49,836 nt of DNA from Candidatus Anderseniibacteriota bacterium (GTDB taxonomy: Bacteria > Patescibacteriota > Andersenbacteria > UBA10190): the NCBI GenBank assembly GCA_035288905.1, contig DATDYZ010000063.1, forward strand, positions 1-49,836, read 5' to 3'. The notes under the pieces were generated by a model. It was not told where the DNA came from and did not search any database. It saw only the letters and a list, made by a program, of their open reading frames with translations. Shown piece by piece: positions 18,348-26,233 of this stretch; the first letter of the stretch is position 1, and each line of letters starts with the position of its first letter. The translations under genes and the position numbers were made by a program.

Positions 18348-18386
18348 AAACTTGAAGTTAGAGTATTATGATTTCAGTATATACCT

Positions 18387-18845
18387 ATGAAAAAAAGTTC
18401 AACACTATTTCTTCAAGCAGTTATTATAGCCTTAGGAATCGTGACGCTTTTCGTCATGATACGGTTTCCCTTGACCGAGGGGAGAGCGGTGAACTTAGAT
18501 CTGTTTCATATTTACGCTGATCCGTTCATCGTGTATGGGTACGGAGCGTCTCTGCCATTTTTTGTTGCGCTGTATCAGGTTTTTATGTTGCTTGGATACA
18601 TCGGAAAAAATAACGTATTCTCGCAAGGCTCTATAAAAGCTTTACGGAATATAAAATATTGCGCAATTATACAAAGCATCTTCATTATACTGGCAGCGCT
18701 CTATATACGCCTGAATTACAACGAAAACACAGATGAAGATCCGGCGGGCTTTATTGCGATCGCCATGGTGACTACGTTTATTGCAATTGTAATCGCAACT
18801 ATAGCTACTATTTTTGAAAAACGCTTACGAAAGTACAAAAAATAA
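18387..18845 (+). CDS. DUF2975 family membrane protein
   Basis: Four TM helices and the F.....IKALRNIKYCAI motif. Confidence 0.7.
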   Translation: MKKSSTLFLQAVIIALGIVTLFVMIRFPLTEGRAVNLDLFHIYADPFIVYGYGASLPFFVALYQVFMLLGYIGKNNVFSQGSIKALRNIKYCAIIQSIFIILAALYIRLNYNENTDEDPAGFIAIAMVTTFIAIVIATIATIFEKRLRKYKK

Positions 18846-18886
18846 GGCTTACGAAAGGTGAGGATCTGTTTTGCGTAGAAAGTTTT

Positions 18887-19144
18887 TTATTGTTTTAATT
18901 TATCGATTTCTATTGCGTGAGTAGGGATAAGAAAAAACGAGTTTTTGTTTTGTTTAAACGTCACATCAAACGCATCAAAAAAACCTACTCTCCCTAAAAG
19001 AGCTATGGGTTTTGGCCAATCGATAAATACCGTATCACCCACCCATTCATAATTACCGAACCACTTCAACGTAATGAACTCCTGGCTCCTGAACGGGGCT
19101 AAATATAGGATGATCAACCCCCTTGCGCTTAGAAGCCTCCGCAA
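18887..19144 (-). pseudogene. Probable C-terminal remnant of a clan AA (retropepsin-like) aspartic protease
   Basis: ...ALLGRVGFFDAFDVTF... resembles the C-terminal LLG..fL..f.v.fD motif. No D[TS]G half is present. Overlaps the DUF5678 gene by ~90 nt with no internal Met. Confidence 0.3.
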
Positions 19145-19247
19145 CCTTTACTAAGTCTTTACCATGCGCAATAATCTCACGAGTCTCTGGGTCGATTGCA
19201 AGATATTCACCAATATATTTTCTGTAATCAATTTGATTTTTGATCAT
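19053..19247 (-). CDS. DUF5678 family small protein
   Basis: YIGEYLAIDPETREIIAHGKDLVKVAEASKRKGVDHPIF matches the family pattern. Confidence 0.65.
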   Translation of the reverse strand: MIKNQIDYRKYIGEYLAIDPETREIIAHGKDLVKVAEASKRKGVDHPIFSPVQEPGVHYVEVVR

Positions 19248-19323
19248 ATTTTGTCTTTGGTTATCTACCCATACCGTACAGTAATTTGAACAATTGTTGT
19301 ATGGTGTTTATGCACAATTCTTT

Positions 19324-19465
19324 ATTCAGGGGGCGAGGGAGTTGCCGCGAACGGAACGCGTATAGTCACCCTCATCCCCTATGGACTCGCAACCTTTGTA
19401 TGCTAACTGGCAGAGGACTATTTCTGCCAGGAGCAACTCTAACCTTAGTTGCCATCCCCTGAATG
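19324..19465 (+). ncRNA. Candidate structured RNA (unclassified); strand tentative
   Basis: Closing helix TTCAGGGG (19325-32) / CCCCTGAA (19457-64). It encloses hairpins CGCG-AACGGAA-CGCG, CTGGCAGA-GGACTATT-TCTGCCAG and GCAACT-CTAACCTT-AGTTGC, plus GCGAG/CTCGC. Only a short, low-quality ORF is present. GGTGTTTATGCACAAT lies just upstream. Confidence 0.35.
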
Positions 19466-19500
19466 TGGTAGTCGTCAAATAAGAAAGTTCGCCCTTCAGC

Positions 19501-19528
19501 TTGACGGTTAAGCTCCAATAGGTATATT
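19501..19528 (+). promoter_or_regulatory. Promoter TTGACG-N16-TATATT
   Basis: Hexamers at 19501-06 and 19523-28, about 55 nt upstream of the AGGGAG-led ATG at 19584. Confidence 0.5.
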
Positions 19529-19583
19529 CAGTAAGCTGTACCGTTACAACTAAATACACATATTGCATCTAAGGGAGCTTTTT

Positions 19584-20081
19584 ATGACTTGGCAAGAATT
19601 AGCGGACCTATTGAACACTTCATCTGGATACCAATGGCTGAGAATTGGCTTTTGCCCAGAGGTAGGATTGCCATGGATGGTGTACGAACGAGGGGAAGTA
19701 ATGGGTGTTACCCTGCACGAAAACCTGTTTTGTCTCAAACTTGCTTGGCAGGCGCAATTCGTTCCGTTTGTCGGTAAGTGGATTTGGACCTATCCGCCCA
19801 ATGAAAATGGCCAACCTGCACAAATTTTTGATGGTAATATTACCGACATATCGCCATTCGAAGACCCAGCTGGTTTCATCCAGATCGGCAAAACTGTCTG
19901 GCACGGCGAACTCACCCAACACGAGATGAATCCCTGCGGGGTAGAAGGTGGTAAGCTCATTACTCATACCGAAATGGAATACAACAGGATCGAAGGAGGT
20001 TTATGGATTCTTCCGCCTAAGTACAAAGGCTTTGAGTTTCCCATGGACCAGATTTGCAGTTCGGAAGACATTCCTCGGTAG
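19584..20081 (+). CDS. Hypothetical protein (165 aa)
   Basis: ATG 8 nt after AAGGGAG. The ORF-track start at 19563 is a TTG. A terminator follows. Confidence 0.7.
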   Translation: MTWQELADLLNTSSGYQWLRIGFCPEVGLPWMVYERGEVMGVTLHENLFCLKLAWQAQFVPFVGKWIWTYPPNENGQPAQIFDGNITDISPFEDPAGFIQIGKTVWHGELTQHEMNPCGVEGGKLITHTEMEYNRIEGGLWILPPKYKGFEFPMDQICSSEDIPR

Positions 20082-20104
20082 CCTCCGACATTCAGCAAAA
20101 TCAC

Positions 20105-20134
20105 AAACCCAGTCGCATGGCTGGGTTTTTATTT
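20105..20134 (+). terminator. Rho-independent terminator (hairpin usable on both strands)
   Basis: AACCCAG-TCGCATGG-CTGGGTT followed by TTTTATTT. Confidence 0.7.
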
Positions 20135-20150
20135 ACTTAAAATTTAGCAA

Positions 20151-20181
20151 ACGCCAGAAACCGTGGGAGAAGTAAGAACCT
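20151..20181 (-). repeat. Fused copy of the 3' motif and the 5' motif: AGGTTCTTACTTCTCCCACGGTTTCTGGCGT (minus strand)
   Basis: Read directly from the sequence. Lies after the terminator of 20275..20673. Confidence 0.7.
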
Positions 20182-20199
20182 GTTTTATATATTTTGAGT

Positions 20200-20239
20200 A
20201 AAAGAAAACCGCCTCTGTTTCCGAAGAAACATTAGCGGG
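20200..20239 (-). terminator. Terminator of 20275..20673
   Basis: Minus strand reads CCGC-UAAU-GUUUC-UUCG-GAAAC-AGAG-GCGG followed by TTTTCTTTT. Confidence 0.5.
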
Positions 20240-20274
20240 TTGCGAACGATAATACATTAACTAGTTTCCAAAAA

Positions 20275-20673
20275 TCATTTCATAACTACGACTTTGATCA
20301 TCCATGAGTAGGTGCTCGAAGTGTTTTTCTGTTGAAGCTCTTCGATAATACGCGTTTGCATCGCAGGAGTCAGCACAGCTGCTTCTTCCAGTGATTTGTT
20401 GTCTGGGTTCAGCATCTGCGCGGCAAGGGTTGCTGGGTTAGTCATCTCGTTGCCACATATGTGCAAGATCGTTTTAAGGAGATTGGAAATTCCGGTTATC
20501 GCCTCTGCTTTGCTTGGCAGAACCGGTTCGCTGGACAACAACATTTTGAAGTTGTGACCAGGACCACGAGTAATGAGAATGGCCCATTTTCCTGTGCGTT
20601 CGCCAACCGTAAACTCCAAGTCATTAGGGTTCGTGAAAATCTCAAGTGCAGTCCCGCGTGTGATACCAGGCAT
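20275..20673 (-). CDS. Hypothetical protein (132 aa)
   Basis: Clean ORF in a G+C-richer patch, with a terminator downstream. Confidence 0.65.
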   Translation of the reverse strand: MPGITRGTALEIFTNPNDLEFTVGERTGKWAILITRGPGHNFKMLLSSEPVLPSKAEAITGISNLLKTILHICGNEMTNPATLAAQMLNPDNKSLEEAAVLTPAMQTRIIEELQQKNTSSTYSWMIKVVVMK

Positions 20674-20858
20674 GACTACCTTCTTTCTTTAGAGTGCAAG
20701 CTGAAACAGTGAAACAACCGAACTGAGCTATTATCTATACTCCATTGTCTAGGATTTGTACATTACAACAGTAACTTGAAATATTAGGATAGTTGTGATA
20801 GTCTCGATTGTTCTGGATATGACTGTACCTGTTCCAATGTATTGAAAGGAAAATCGAA

Positions 20859-21662
20859 ATGGTGATGCCCATTGATCTTGTACTGGTTAGGCACGGGGAA
20901 AGCGAAGGGAATGTTGCGAAAATACGATCCAAGGCAGGAGACAATAGTGCATTCGCAACAGAATTTTCGAGGCGCCTCGGATCACAATGGCGTTTGACTC
21001 AGCGTGGTGCTGAGCAAGCATCCAAGGCAGGAGATTGGATTCGTGAAAACATCTCACTAGTTTTTGATAAGTACTATGTTTCTGAATATACGCGAGCCAA
21101 AGAAACTGCTGGGTTGCTCAATTTACTGGAAGCAGAATGGTTTCCTAGCTTTTATTTGCGGGAGCGTGAATGGGGTGAAATGGACGTTACTTCTGAAAGA
21201 GAAAAGCAAGATCGGTTTGCAGACTCGCTGAGGCGTCGCGAAAGTGATGGATTTTTCTGGATTCCACCGAATGGCGAATCTCTTGCGCAGCTATGTTTGC
21301 GAATTGATCGAGTTCTCGATACGTTGCAACGGGAATGCAGCGATAAGAGAGTTATTGCGGTGTGCCATGGAGAAGTAATGTGGGCATTTCGCGTACAGCT
21401 CGAACGAATGTCGCAACAACGATTTCGAGAATTGGATATCTCCAAGCGTCCGTACGACAAGATTCATAACTGTCAGATCCTGCACTACACAAGGAGGAAT
21501 CCTGAAAATTGCAAAATCACTCCTTACTATATGTGGATGCGCTCGGTATGTCCCAGTGACACGAGTTTATCCTCAAATATTTGGATGCCCATTGAACGTC
21601 CACGATTTTCCAACGAAGATTTGCTCGAAGAAGTGGAGCTGACCCCAAGAATTATTTCTTAA
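20859..21662 (+). CDS. Histidine phosphatase (phosphoglycerate mutase-like) family protein
   Basis: LVLVRHGESEGN (RHG motif), later CHGEV. AAAGGA RBS. Confidence 0.88.
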   Translation: MVMPIDLVLVRHGESEGNVAKIRSKAGDNSAFATEFSRRLGSQWRLTQRGAEQASKAGDWIRENISLVFDKYYVSEYTRAKETAGLLNLLEAEWFPSFYLREREWGEMDVTSEREKQDRFADSLRRRESDGFFWIPPNGESLAQLCLRIDRVLDTLQRECSDKRVIAVCHGEVMWAFRVQLERMSQQRFRELDISKRPYDKIHNCQILHYTRRNPENCKITPYYMWMRSVCPSDTSLSSNIWMPIERPRFSNEDLLEEVELTPRIIS

Positions 21663-21691
21663 AGAAAGGGTCTACTCGAAGCATCTTACCA

Positions 21692-21716
21692 AACCTCCCC
21701 CAAAGGAGGTTTTTTC
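21692..21716 (+). terminator. Rho-independent terminator
   Basis: CCTCC-CCCAAA-GGAGG followed by TTTTTT. Confidence 0.65.
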
Positions 21717-21735
21717 ATTTAAAAAATACCAGCTT

Positions 21736-21744
21736 AGTTCTTAG
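21736..21744 (+). repeat. Degenerate copy of the 3' motif (AGTTCTTAG)
   Basis: About 19 nt after the terminator T-run, the same spacing as copy 29275. Confidence 0.35.
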
Positions 21745-21820
21745 ATGAATGTTAAAGCCGGGCTTTAACAATGTTTCAACTGTGTGGATCGGTTAACGGA
21801 AATTTGCTTTCTAAAGTAGT

Positions 21821-21837
21821 GGAGGAAGTAAGAACCC
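21821..21837 (-). repeat. 3' motif copy GGGTTCTTACTTCCTCC (minus strand), 8 nt after the stop of 21846..22490
   Basis: Read directly from the sequence. Confidence 0.75.
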
Positions 21838-21845
21838 GCGTCATT

Positions 21846-22490
21846 TTAAACCGTCGGCAATTCCTCGCTAAGCCTGCGAACTACAGCTTCGTAAAGCTCC
21901 GCAGCTTTAGAGGCAATATCGTGATCCGTTACATATGTTTCTGTTTGAGTTATGAGGCGTTTTTCTGTATCGCTATCAATACCAAGTGCTCGCCAAAAGA
22001 TAGCGTATGATTCAAGCGAAAGGTTATCTGTAGACTTGTACATGTCCACAAAAAGATTATTGTATTTTTTTATGAGGGTTTCATCTTCGCCATTTGGAGT
22101 AAATGCTTGATCGAGGTAGGGTAAGACTGAACGAACATCGAAAGACTTTGCATCAGCCATATCTTGAATAATTTTTATAGCAGTGCGACGCACCCATACG
22201 TCACTTCCTTGTCCTTCCACACCTTCACATACTTTGGGTAATGCTTCTTTTGTAGCTTTGTATTGGATGTCATCGGTAAGTAAATGAACCAACCATCCTT
22301 TATAGAAATCGCTCTTTTTAAACATCGGGTCTTTTCTATAGTCTTCTGGGTGGGTAAGAAATCTATCGATTTTTGTTATATATCTACTGTCAGGGTAAAT
22401 AGATCCACAGACGTATGCGCCACGATCAGTAATCGAAAGTTTATCCTGCACTGCGAGTGCAATTCGTACATGTGACGCTTCAAGAGCCAT
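21846..22490 (-). CDS. Zinc-dependent phospholipase C-like family protein (tentative)
   Basis: H..IA....L.......GSIYPDSRY....R..TH pattern and WLVHLLTDD. TAAAGT lies 6 nt upstream of the ATG. Confidence 0.7.
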   Translation of the reverse strand: MALEASHVRIALAVQDKLSITDRGAYVCGSIYPDSRYITKIDRFLTHPEDYRKDPMFKKSDFYKGWLVHLLTDDIQYKATKEALPKVCEGVEGQGSDVWVRRTAIKIIQDMADAKSFDVRSVLPYLDQAFTPNGEDETLIKKYNNLFVDMYKSTDNLSLESYAIFWRALGIDSDTEKRLITQTETYVTDHDIASKAAELYEAVVRRLSEELPTV

Positions 22491-22520
22491 GTAAAAACTT
22501 TAGCACGAGCATAAAGAAAT

Positions 22521-22536
22521 GCCAGAAACATTTTGT
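22521..22536 (-). repeat. 5'-proximal motif copy ACAAAATGTTTCTGGC
   Basis: About 30-45 nt upstream of the ATG at 22490. Confidence 0.55.
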
Positions 22537-22549
22537 ATTACGAATACCG

Positions 22550-23179
22550 TTATTCTTCGCGCCAAATAACGGTTGCTGTTTCGACGCTTCTAGAACCTTT
22601 CTTCTCACTCGTTAGCCAACGTCTATATGAGCTAAGCGTGTGGTCTTCAAACGTACATCGTTCGTCACGAAATATACTTTTTTCCGACACGCCCCATACA
22701 TCAAAGTACGTTTGAACTGCCTTTGAGAGTGAAAGATGTATTGTGTCTTTTTCTTTCACGGCTTCTGGAAATAACTTTTTAAACGTGGTGATTTCTTCTC
22801 CCTCATGGTTAAATGTGAAATGCTTTGAACAAATAGAGGGTCCTATAAACACACGTGTTATTTCATGCGGAGCAACAATGCGAGAAGCTTTCTCTAGTAA
22901 TCCATTTATGAGACTTTTACGACTTACATGCAACACCAGCCCTTTTTTGGGGGATAGTATAACAAGTGGCATACAATCAGCAGTACCTACTCCAACTTTT
23001 ACATGTGCTTGCGAAACTTCTATTCCATCAGCAACCGTCTCTCCAGATATACAAATTGTTGCGGAAGTTATTTCTCCTCCATGCAGGAGGCGCGGAAAAA
23101 TAACATTCTCGTTTAAAAAATCATCTTTTTTGCCAATAGCTATTCGCCAATTACCAAGTTTTCTGACCTGTATGCTCAT
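22550..23179 (-). CDS. Polyphenol oxidase/laccase-domain family protein (YfiH/PgeF, DUF152), divergent
   Basis: GTADCMPLVIL and C-terminal CTFEDHTLSSYRR match the family. The usual HAGWRG reads HVSRKS. Confidence 0.8.
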   Translation of the reverse strand: MSIQVRKLGNWRIAIGKKDDFLNENVIFPRLLHGGEITSATICISGETVADGIEVSQAHVKVGVGTADCMPLVILSPKKGLVLHVSRKSLINGLLEKASRIVAPHEITRVFIGPSICSKHFTFNHEGEEITTFKKLFPEAVKEKDTIHLSLSKAVQTYFDVWGVSEKSIFRDERCTFEDHTLSSYRRWLTSEKKGSRSVETATVIWREE

Positions 23180-23225
23180 TTCTACAACAGTACATCCCTC
23201 GCACCCTAGAGTTCAATGAAATTTT

Positions 23226-23263
23226 TCAAGAAAAGAAGCCGCATGGTAATACCATACGGCTTC
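23226..23263 (-). terminator. Terminator of 23297..23674
   Basis: Minus strand reads GAAGCCGTATGG-TATT-ACCATGCGGCTTC followed by TTTTCTT. Confidence 0.7.
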
Positions 23264-23296
23264 GAGATAGCTACGGATAGCAAACGGTTTCTTGCG

Positions 23297-23674
23297 CTAT
23301 AAAAGCGTAAAGTTCAGACTTCCACTATATCGAATCCGGAGCTTTCGCTCGTCGTCTCGGAACCATGGCACCATAAGTACGATCTCGTTACAATTGTTGC
23401 TGGCCAGTGCATTCCGGATAGATGTCAGGAAGTTTGCCTGCGTGGGCGTTGGAAAATTCGCAAAACGAGATAGCATTTCCACGTCGTCGAAGAAAACGTC
23501 TCCTCTGCCATCAGCTGCCGGAATTCGGTATGGAGGCTTGATGGTCGATTTGCCACGAAAGGTTTCTGTGGCATTTGCCAATGTTTCTATACACGACAAC
23601 AGTTGTCGCGACCAGAATTGGTTCCAGAAATCATCCAAATCAATTTCCAATACGGGGCTAGTGGATGAACTCAT
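23297..23674 (-). CDS. Hypothetical protein (125 aa)
   Basis: The internal ATG at 23674 has an AAGGAG RBS 8 nt upstream. The upstream part of the 272-aa ORF is low quality and overlaps the divergent gene. Confidence 0.65.
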   Translation of the reverse strand: MSSSTSPVLEIDLDDFWNQFWSRQLLSCIETLANATETFRGKSTIKPPYRIPAADGRGDVFFDDVEMLSRFANFPTPTQANFLTSIRNALASNNCNEIVLMVPWFRDDERKLRIRYSGSLNFTLL

Positions 23675-23885
23675 GTTCAAAACTCCTTGTGTTGTGATTG
23701 AACTAAACGTACCATATGGGATAATAGTATATAAGTATGGTATCGTCAAGGGCGGTGTGTAATGTGCACACACATACGGCAGTTTTAGCAGTGGAAGCAA
23801 GGGCCTATTGCAAATTCCAATAGTAGCTGTTATTTTGTGATATTGGTTTGTTTCTCTTGCACACTTTAGACCTAGGAGATTAGGA

Positions 23886-24383
23886 ATGGCCGGAAAAGAT
23901 GTAATGCAATTGGAGTATGCGGCAGAATATGCCCTGAAAGTTGCGGGTCCTAGCATTCTGGAAGCGATAAGGTTCCCTTTTGAAAAAAGTCGCGTTGCAG
24001 CACATGTTGTAATTCTTGACCCAAGAATACCTTTTGAAAAGAGAGGGAGTTTGCCGATATTGGCTGAGCAAACATTTGGAGAGCAAGACTCTTTGAAATG
24101 GACATCAAACTTCAAAGCAATTGCTCACTCAAAAGCAATTATTTGTTGGCGTACGGGGCTCAGTACTCGTGCAGTTGGGGAAAAGGCTCCGTTTCTTTAT
24201 GAGCATGGCGACACGAAATATTCTGGTGGCGTTGTATGCGACGGCTTGATTGTTGCAGTAAGCGGGATGAATTGGGAATTGGATGAAGCATGTGCTCATA
24301 TGGTCATTGCATTCTTCTGGGCCCATGTTCGTCATGGTCGAGACCTGATTATGCAAAATCGAGATCAGGGTTTTTTCGAATGA
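23886..24383 (+). CDS. GlcG/HbpS-like (DUF336) protein
   Basis: YSGGVVCDGLIVAVSGMNWELDEACAHM resembles GG.pi..dG.viGaiGvSG....D. AGGAGA RBS. Confidence 0.7.
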   Translation: MAGKDVMQLEYAAEYALKVAGPSILEAIRFPFEKSRVAAHVVILDPRIPFEKRGSLPILAEQTFGEQDSLKWTSNFKAIAHSKAIICWRTGLSTRAVGEKAPFLYEHGDTKYSGGVVCDGLIVAVSGMNWELDEACAHMVIAFFWAHVRHGRDLIMQNRDQGFFE

Positions 24384-24410
24384 TGACATTGGCCATTTCA
24401 TCGAACCTTT

Positions 24411-24452
24411 AACCGCAAGCTTCGCAAGAAGTCCCTGCGGTTTTTATTTTTT
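24411..24452 (+). terminator. Rho-independent terminator
   Basis: ACCGCA...TGCGGT with an inner CTTC-GCAA-GAAG hairpin, followed by TTTTTATTTTTTT. Confidence 0.65.
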
Positions 24453-24514
24453 TAAGAAGCTTTAAAAACATTTTGTCATAGACGCCGAATTGCTTTATCG
24501 GGTAAGGTAAATAA

Positions 24515-25534
24515 ATGGGAGAACGAGAGCCTAGACCAGAACAAGCTGAAAACAAATCTTCTGATTACCAACAGTACCTGGAGTCAAGGCACGCTGGCTT
24601 TGAAATTCCAACAGAGAAATTGGAAGCTGTTGTCGAAGAAGCAACGTCGAGTAGGCCAGTTTCTGTAGAAAGAATCACTTCGGGTGAGGTAAATGAAGTA
24701 TACGATGTTACTCTGCCTGCTGATCAGCACGTTATTGTGCGAATTTCTCGCAACAAAGATTCTGAATTTGGACGTGAGGTTTGGGCTATTGAACAGGCAA
24801 AAGATGTAGGTGTGCCCGTGCCTGAAATGCTGTTGGTAACAAAAGTTACGGTAGAGAACTCGGATCCTTTGCGGGTTTGTGTACAAAATAAACTCGCAGG
24901 AGAGCCTCTTGAGCGAGGCAGGATTGATTACGGCAAGATTGAACCTGCACTATTACGCTCCTATATGCGACAAGCAGGTGAAATACTGTCGAAAATACAT
25001 TCTATTCCCGTAACTGGTTTTGGATCCCTGAACGAGCAAGGGCGAGGCTCGGTATCGATGTTTCAGTCTCTTATGTCGCGCAATATTGAGCAACGAGATA
25101 GTTTTGAAGAAATTGGAAGAAGGCGAGGTATGGATATGAACGTTATTGACCGTGTGTTTACTCTCTTGCAAGAAAATGTAGCATCAGCTCAAGAATTTCA
25201 GCCAGTGCTTACTCATGGTGATTTTGGTCCGAAGCATATGATGGTTGAAGGTAATAAAATGACGGGAATTATTGATTGGGGCGGAGTTTCAGGACATTCC
25301 CCGGTACATGACTTTGCTGGATTTATACTTTGGTATCCCGAGCTACCCTTTGATGCGCTTCAAGAGGGGTATGCCGACAAAGAGCTTTTTGATAATGATT
25401 TTGAGAAAAAGCTTCAATGGATTGCGCTCGATAATGCATTGGGCGCGCTTGAATGGTATGACAAGAATAACTTTGAGGCGGGGATACAATACTTGATAGA
25501 TAAAATGCGAGAGATTTTACATTTTTCGCGTTAG
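24515..25534 (+). CDS. Aminoglycoside/choline-kinase type phosphotransferase (APH family)
   Basis: LTHGDFGPKHMMVEG...GIIDWG catalytic/Mg loop. N-lobe VNEVYDV...VIVRI. Confidence 0.88.
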   Translation: MGEREPRPEQAENKSSDYQQYLESRHAGFEIPTEKLEAVVEEATSSRPVSVERITSGEVNEVYDVTLPADQHVIVRISRNKDSEFGREVWAIEQAKDVGVPVPEMLLVTKVTVENSDPLRVCVQNKLAGEPLERGRIDYGKIEPALLRSYMRQAGEILSKIHSIPVTGFGSLNEQGRGSVSMFQSLMSRNIEQRDSFEEIGRRRGMDMNVIDRVFTLLQENVASAQEFQPVLTHGDFGPKHMMVEGNKMTGIIDWGGVSGHSPVHDFAGFILWYPELPFDALQEGYADKELFDNDFEKKLQWIALDNALGALEWYDKNNFEAGIQYLIDKMREILHFSR

Positions 25535-25551
25535 GTGAAAAAGTTTCTTAT

Positions 25552-25568
25552 AGAGGAAGTAAGAACCT
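25552..25568 (-). repeat. 3' motif copy AGGTTCTTACTTCCTCT (minus strand), 5 nt after the stop of 25574..26137; pairs with an inverted partial copy at 25540-25554
   Basis: Occupies most of the 39-nt gap between the convergent stops at 25534 and 25574. Confidence 0.75.
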
Positions 25569-25573
25569 ATTTC

Positions 25574-26137
25574 CTATAACCTGCTTACCCATCGGTGCTC
25601 CGGCTGCGCTTTTTTAATTGCGTTTTTCAGCCATTGTTTTGATTCCGATAAAAGATGGCCGATAACATTTTCAAAATCTTGATCATCTTTCGGTCGTGTT
25701 TCTTTTGTTTTGTAGAGCAGTGATATTTCCGGGGGCCAGTAGGGAATCGTATCTCTATATTGTATGAGCTGTTCTTTTGGATATGAAATGGAATCGTCTC
25801 GTCTGTACAGCCAATGCGTTTCATTCGAATTGTTCAAAAGAATTTCTATTGTCGCATCATCTTTTACCGCTTTTATTTCATGCACGGGAGGTTGTAAAAA
25901 CTCATCTTCGTTCCATTCACTCATCTCACTATTAATTATTTTCAATAGTCGCCAATCATGAAGATACTTTCTAAGCGCTTGTTGGTCTTCACGGAAAATA
26001 CCAATGTCTATATCAGTGTGCTCCCGAGTAATTTGCGCAAGGAATAAATCAATTGCCCAACCGCCACAAATAAACCAGGGTTTTTTGAAGTCTTGCATTA
26101 CGTCGGTTATATGTTTCAGTTGCGAGGGTATTTTCAT
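25574..26137 (-). CDS. Nucleotidyltransferase, ANT(2'')-like (aminoglycoside adenylyltransferase family fold)
   Basis: WFICGGWAIDLF....HTDIDIGIF motif. Confidence 0.8.
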   Translation of the reverse strand: MKIPSQLKHITDVMQDFKKPWFICGGWAIDLFLAQITREHTDIDIGIFREDQQALRKYLHDWRLLKIINSEMSEWNEDEFLQPPVHEIKAVKDDATIEILLNNSNETHWLYRRDDSISYPKEQLIQYRDTIPYWPPEISLLYKTKETRPKDDQDFENVIGHLLSESKQWLKNAIKKAQPEHRWVSRL

Positions 26138-26233
26138 GTTGTTTTTATACTAGCATGGATAGAAACCAAAAATGTTTTGCTGTTTGCAGTAGATAAAGCC
26201 TGCTTGTTGTTAGCCAGGTGAGAATCCGTTTCA

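Noticed and set aside
23675-24115. N-terminal 147 codons of the 272-aa ORF 23297..24115
   Set aside because: The sequence is low quality (Cys/Ser/Thr/Pro-rich) and overlaps the divergent RBS-led gene 23886..24383. The internal ATG at 23674 has a perfect AAGGAG RBS.
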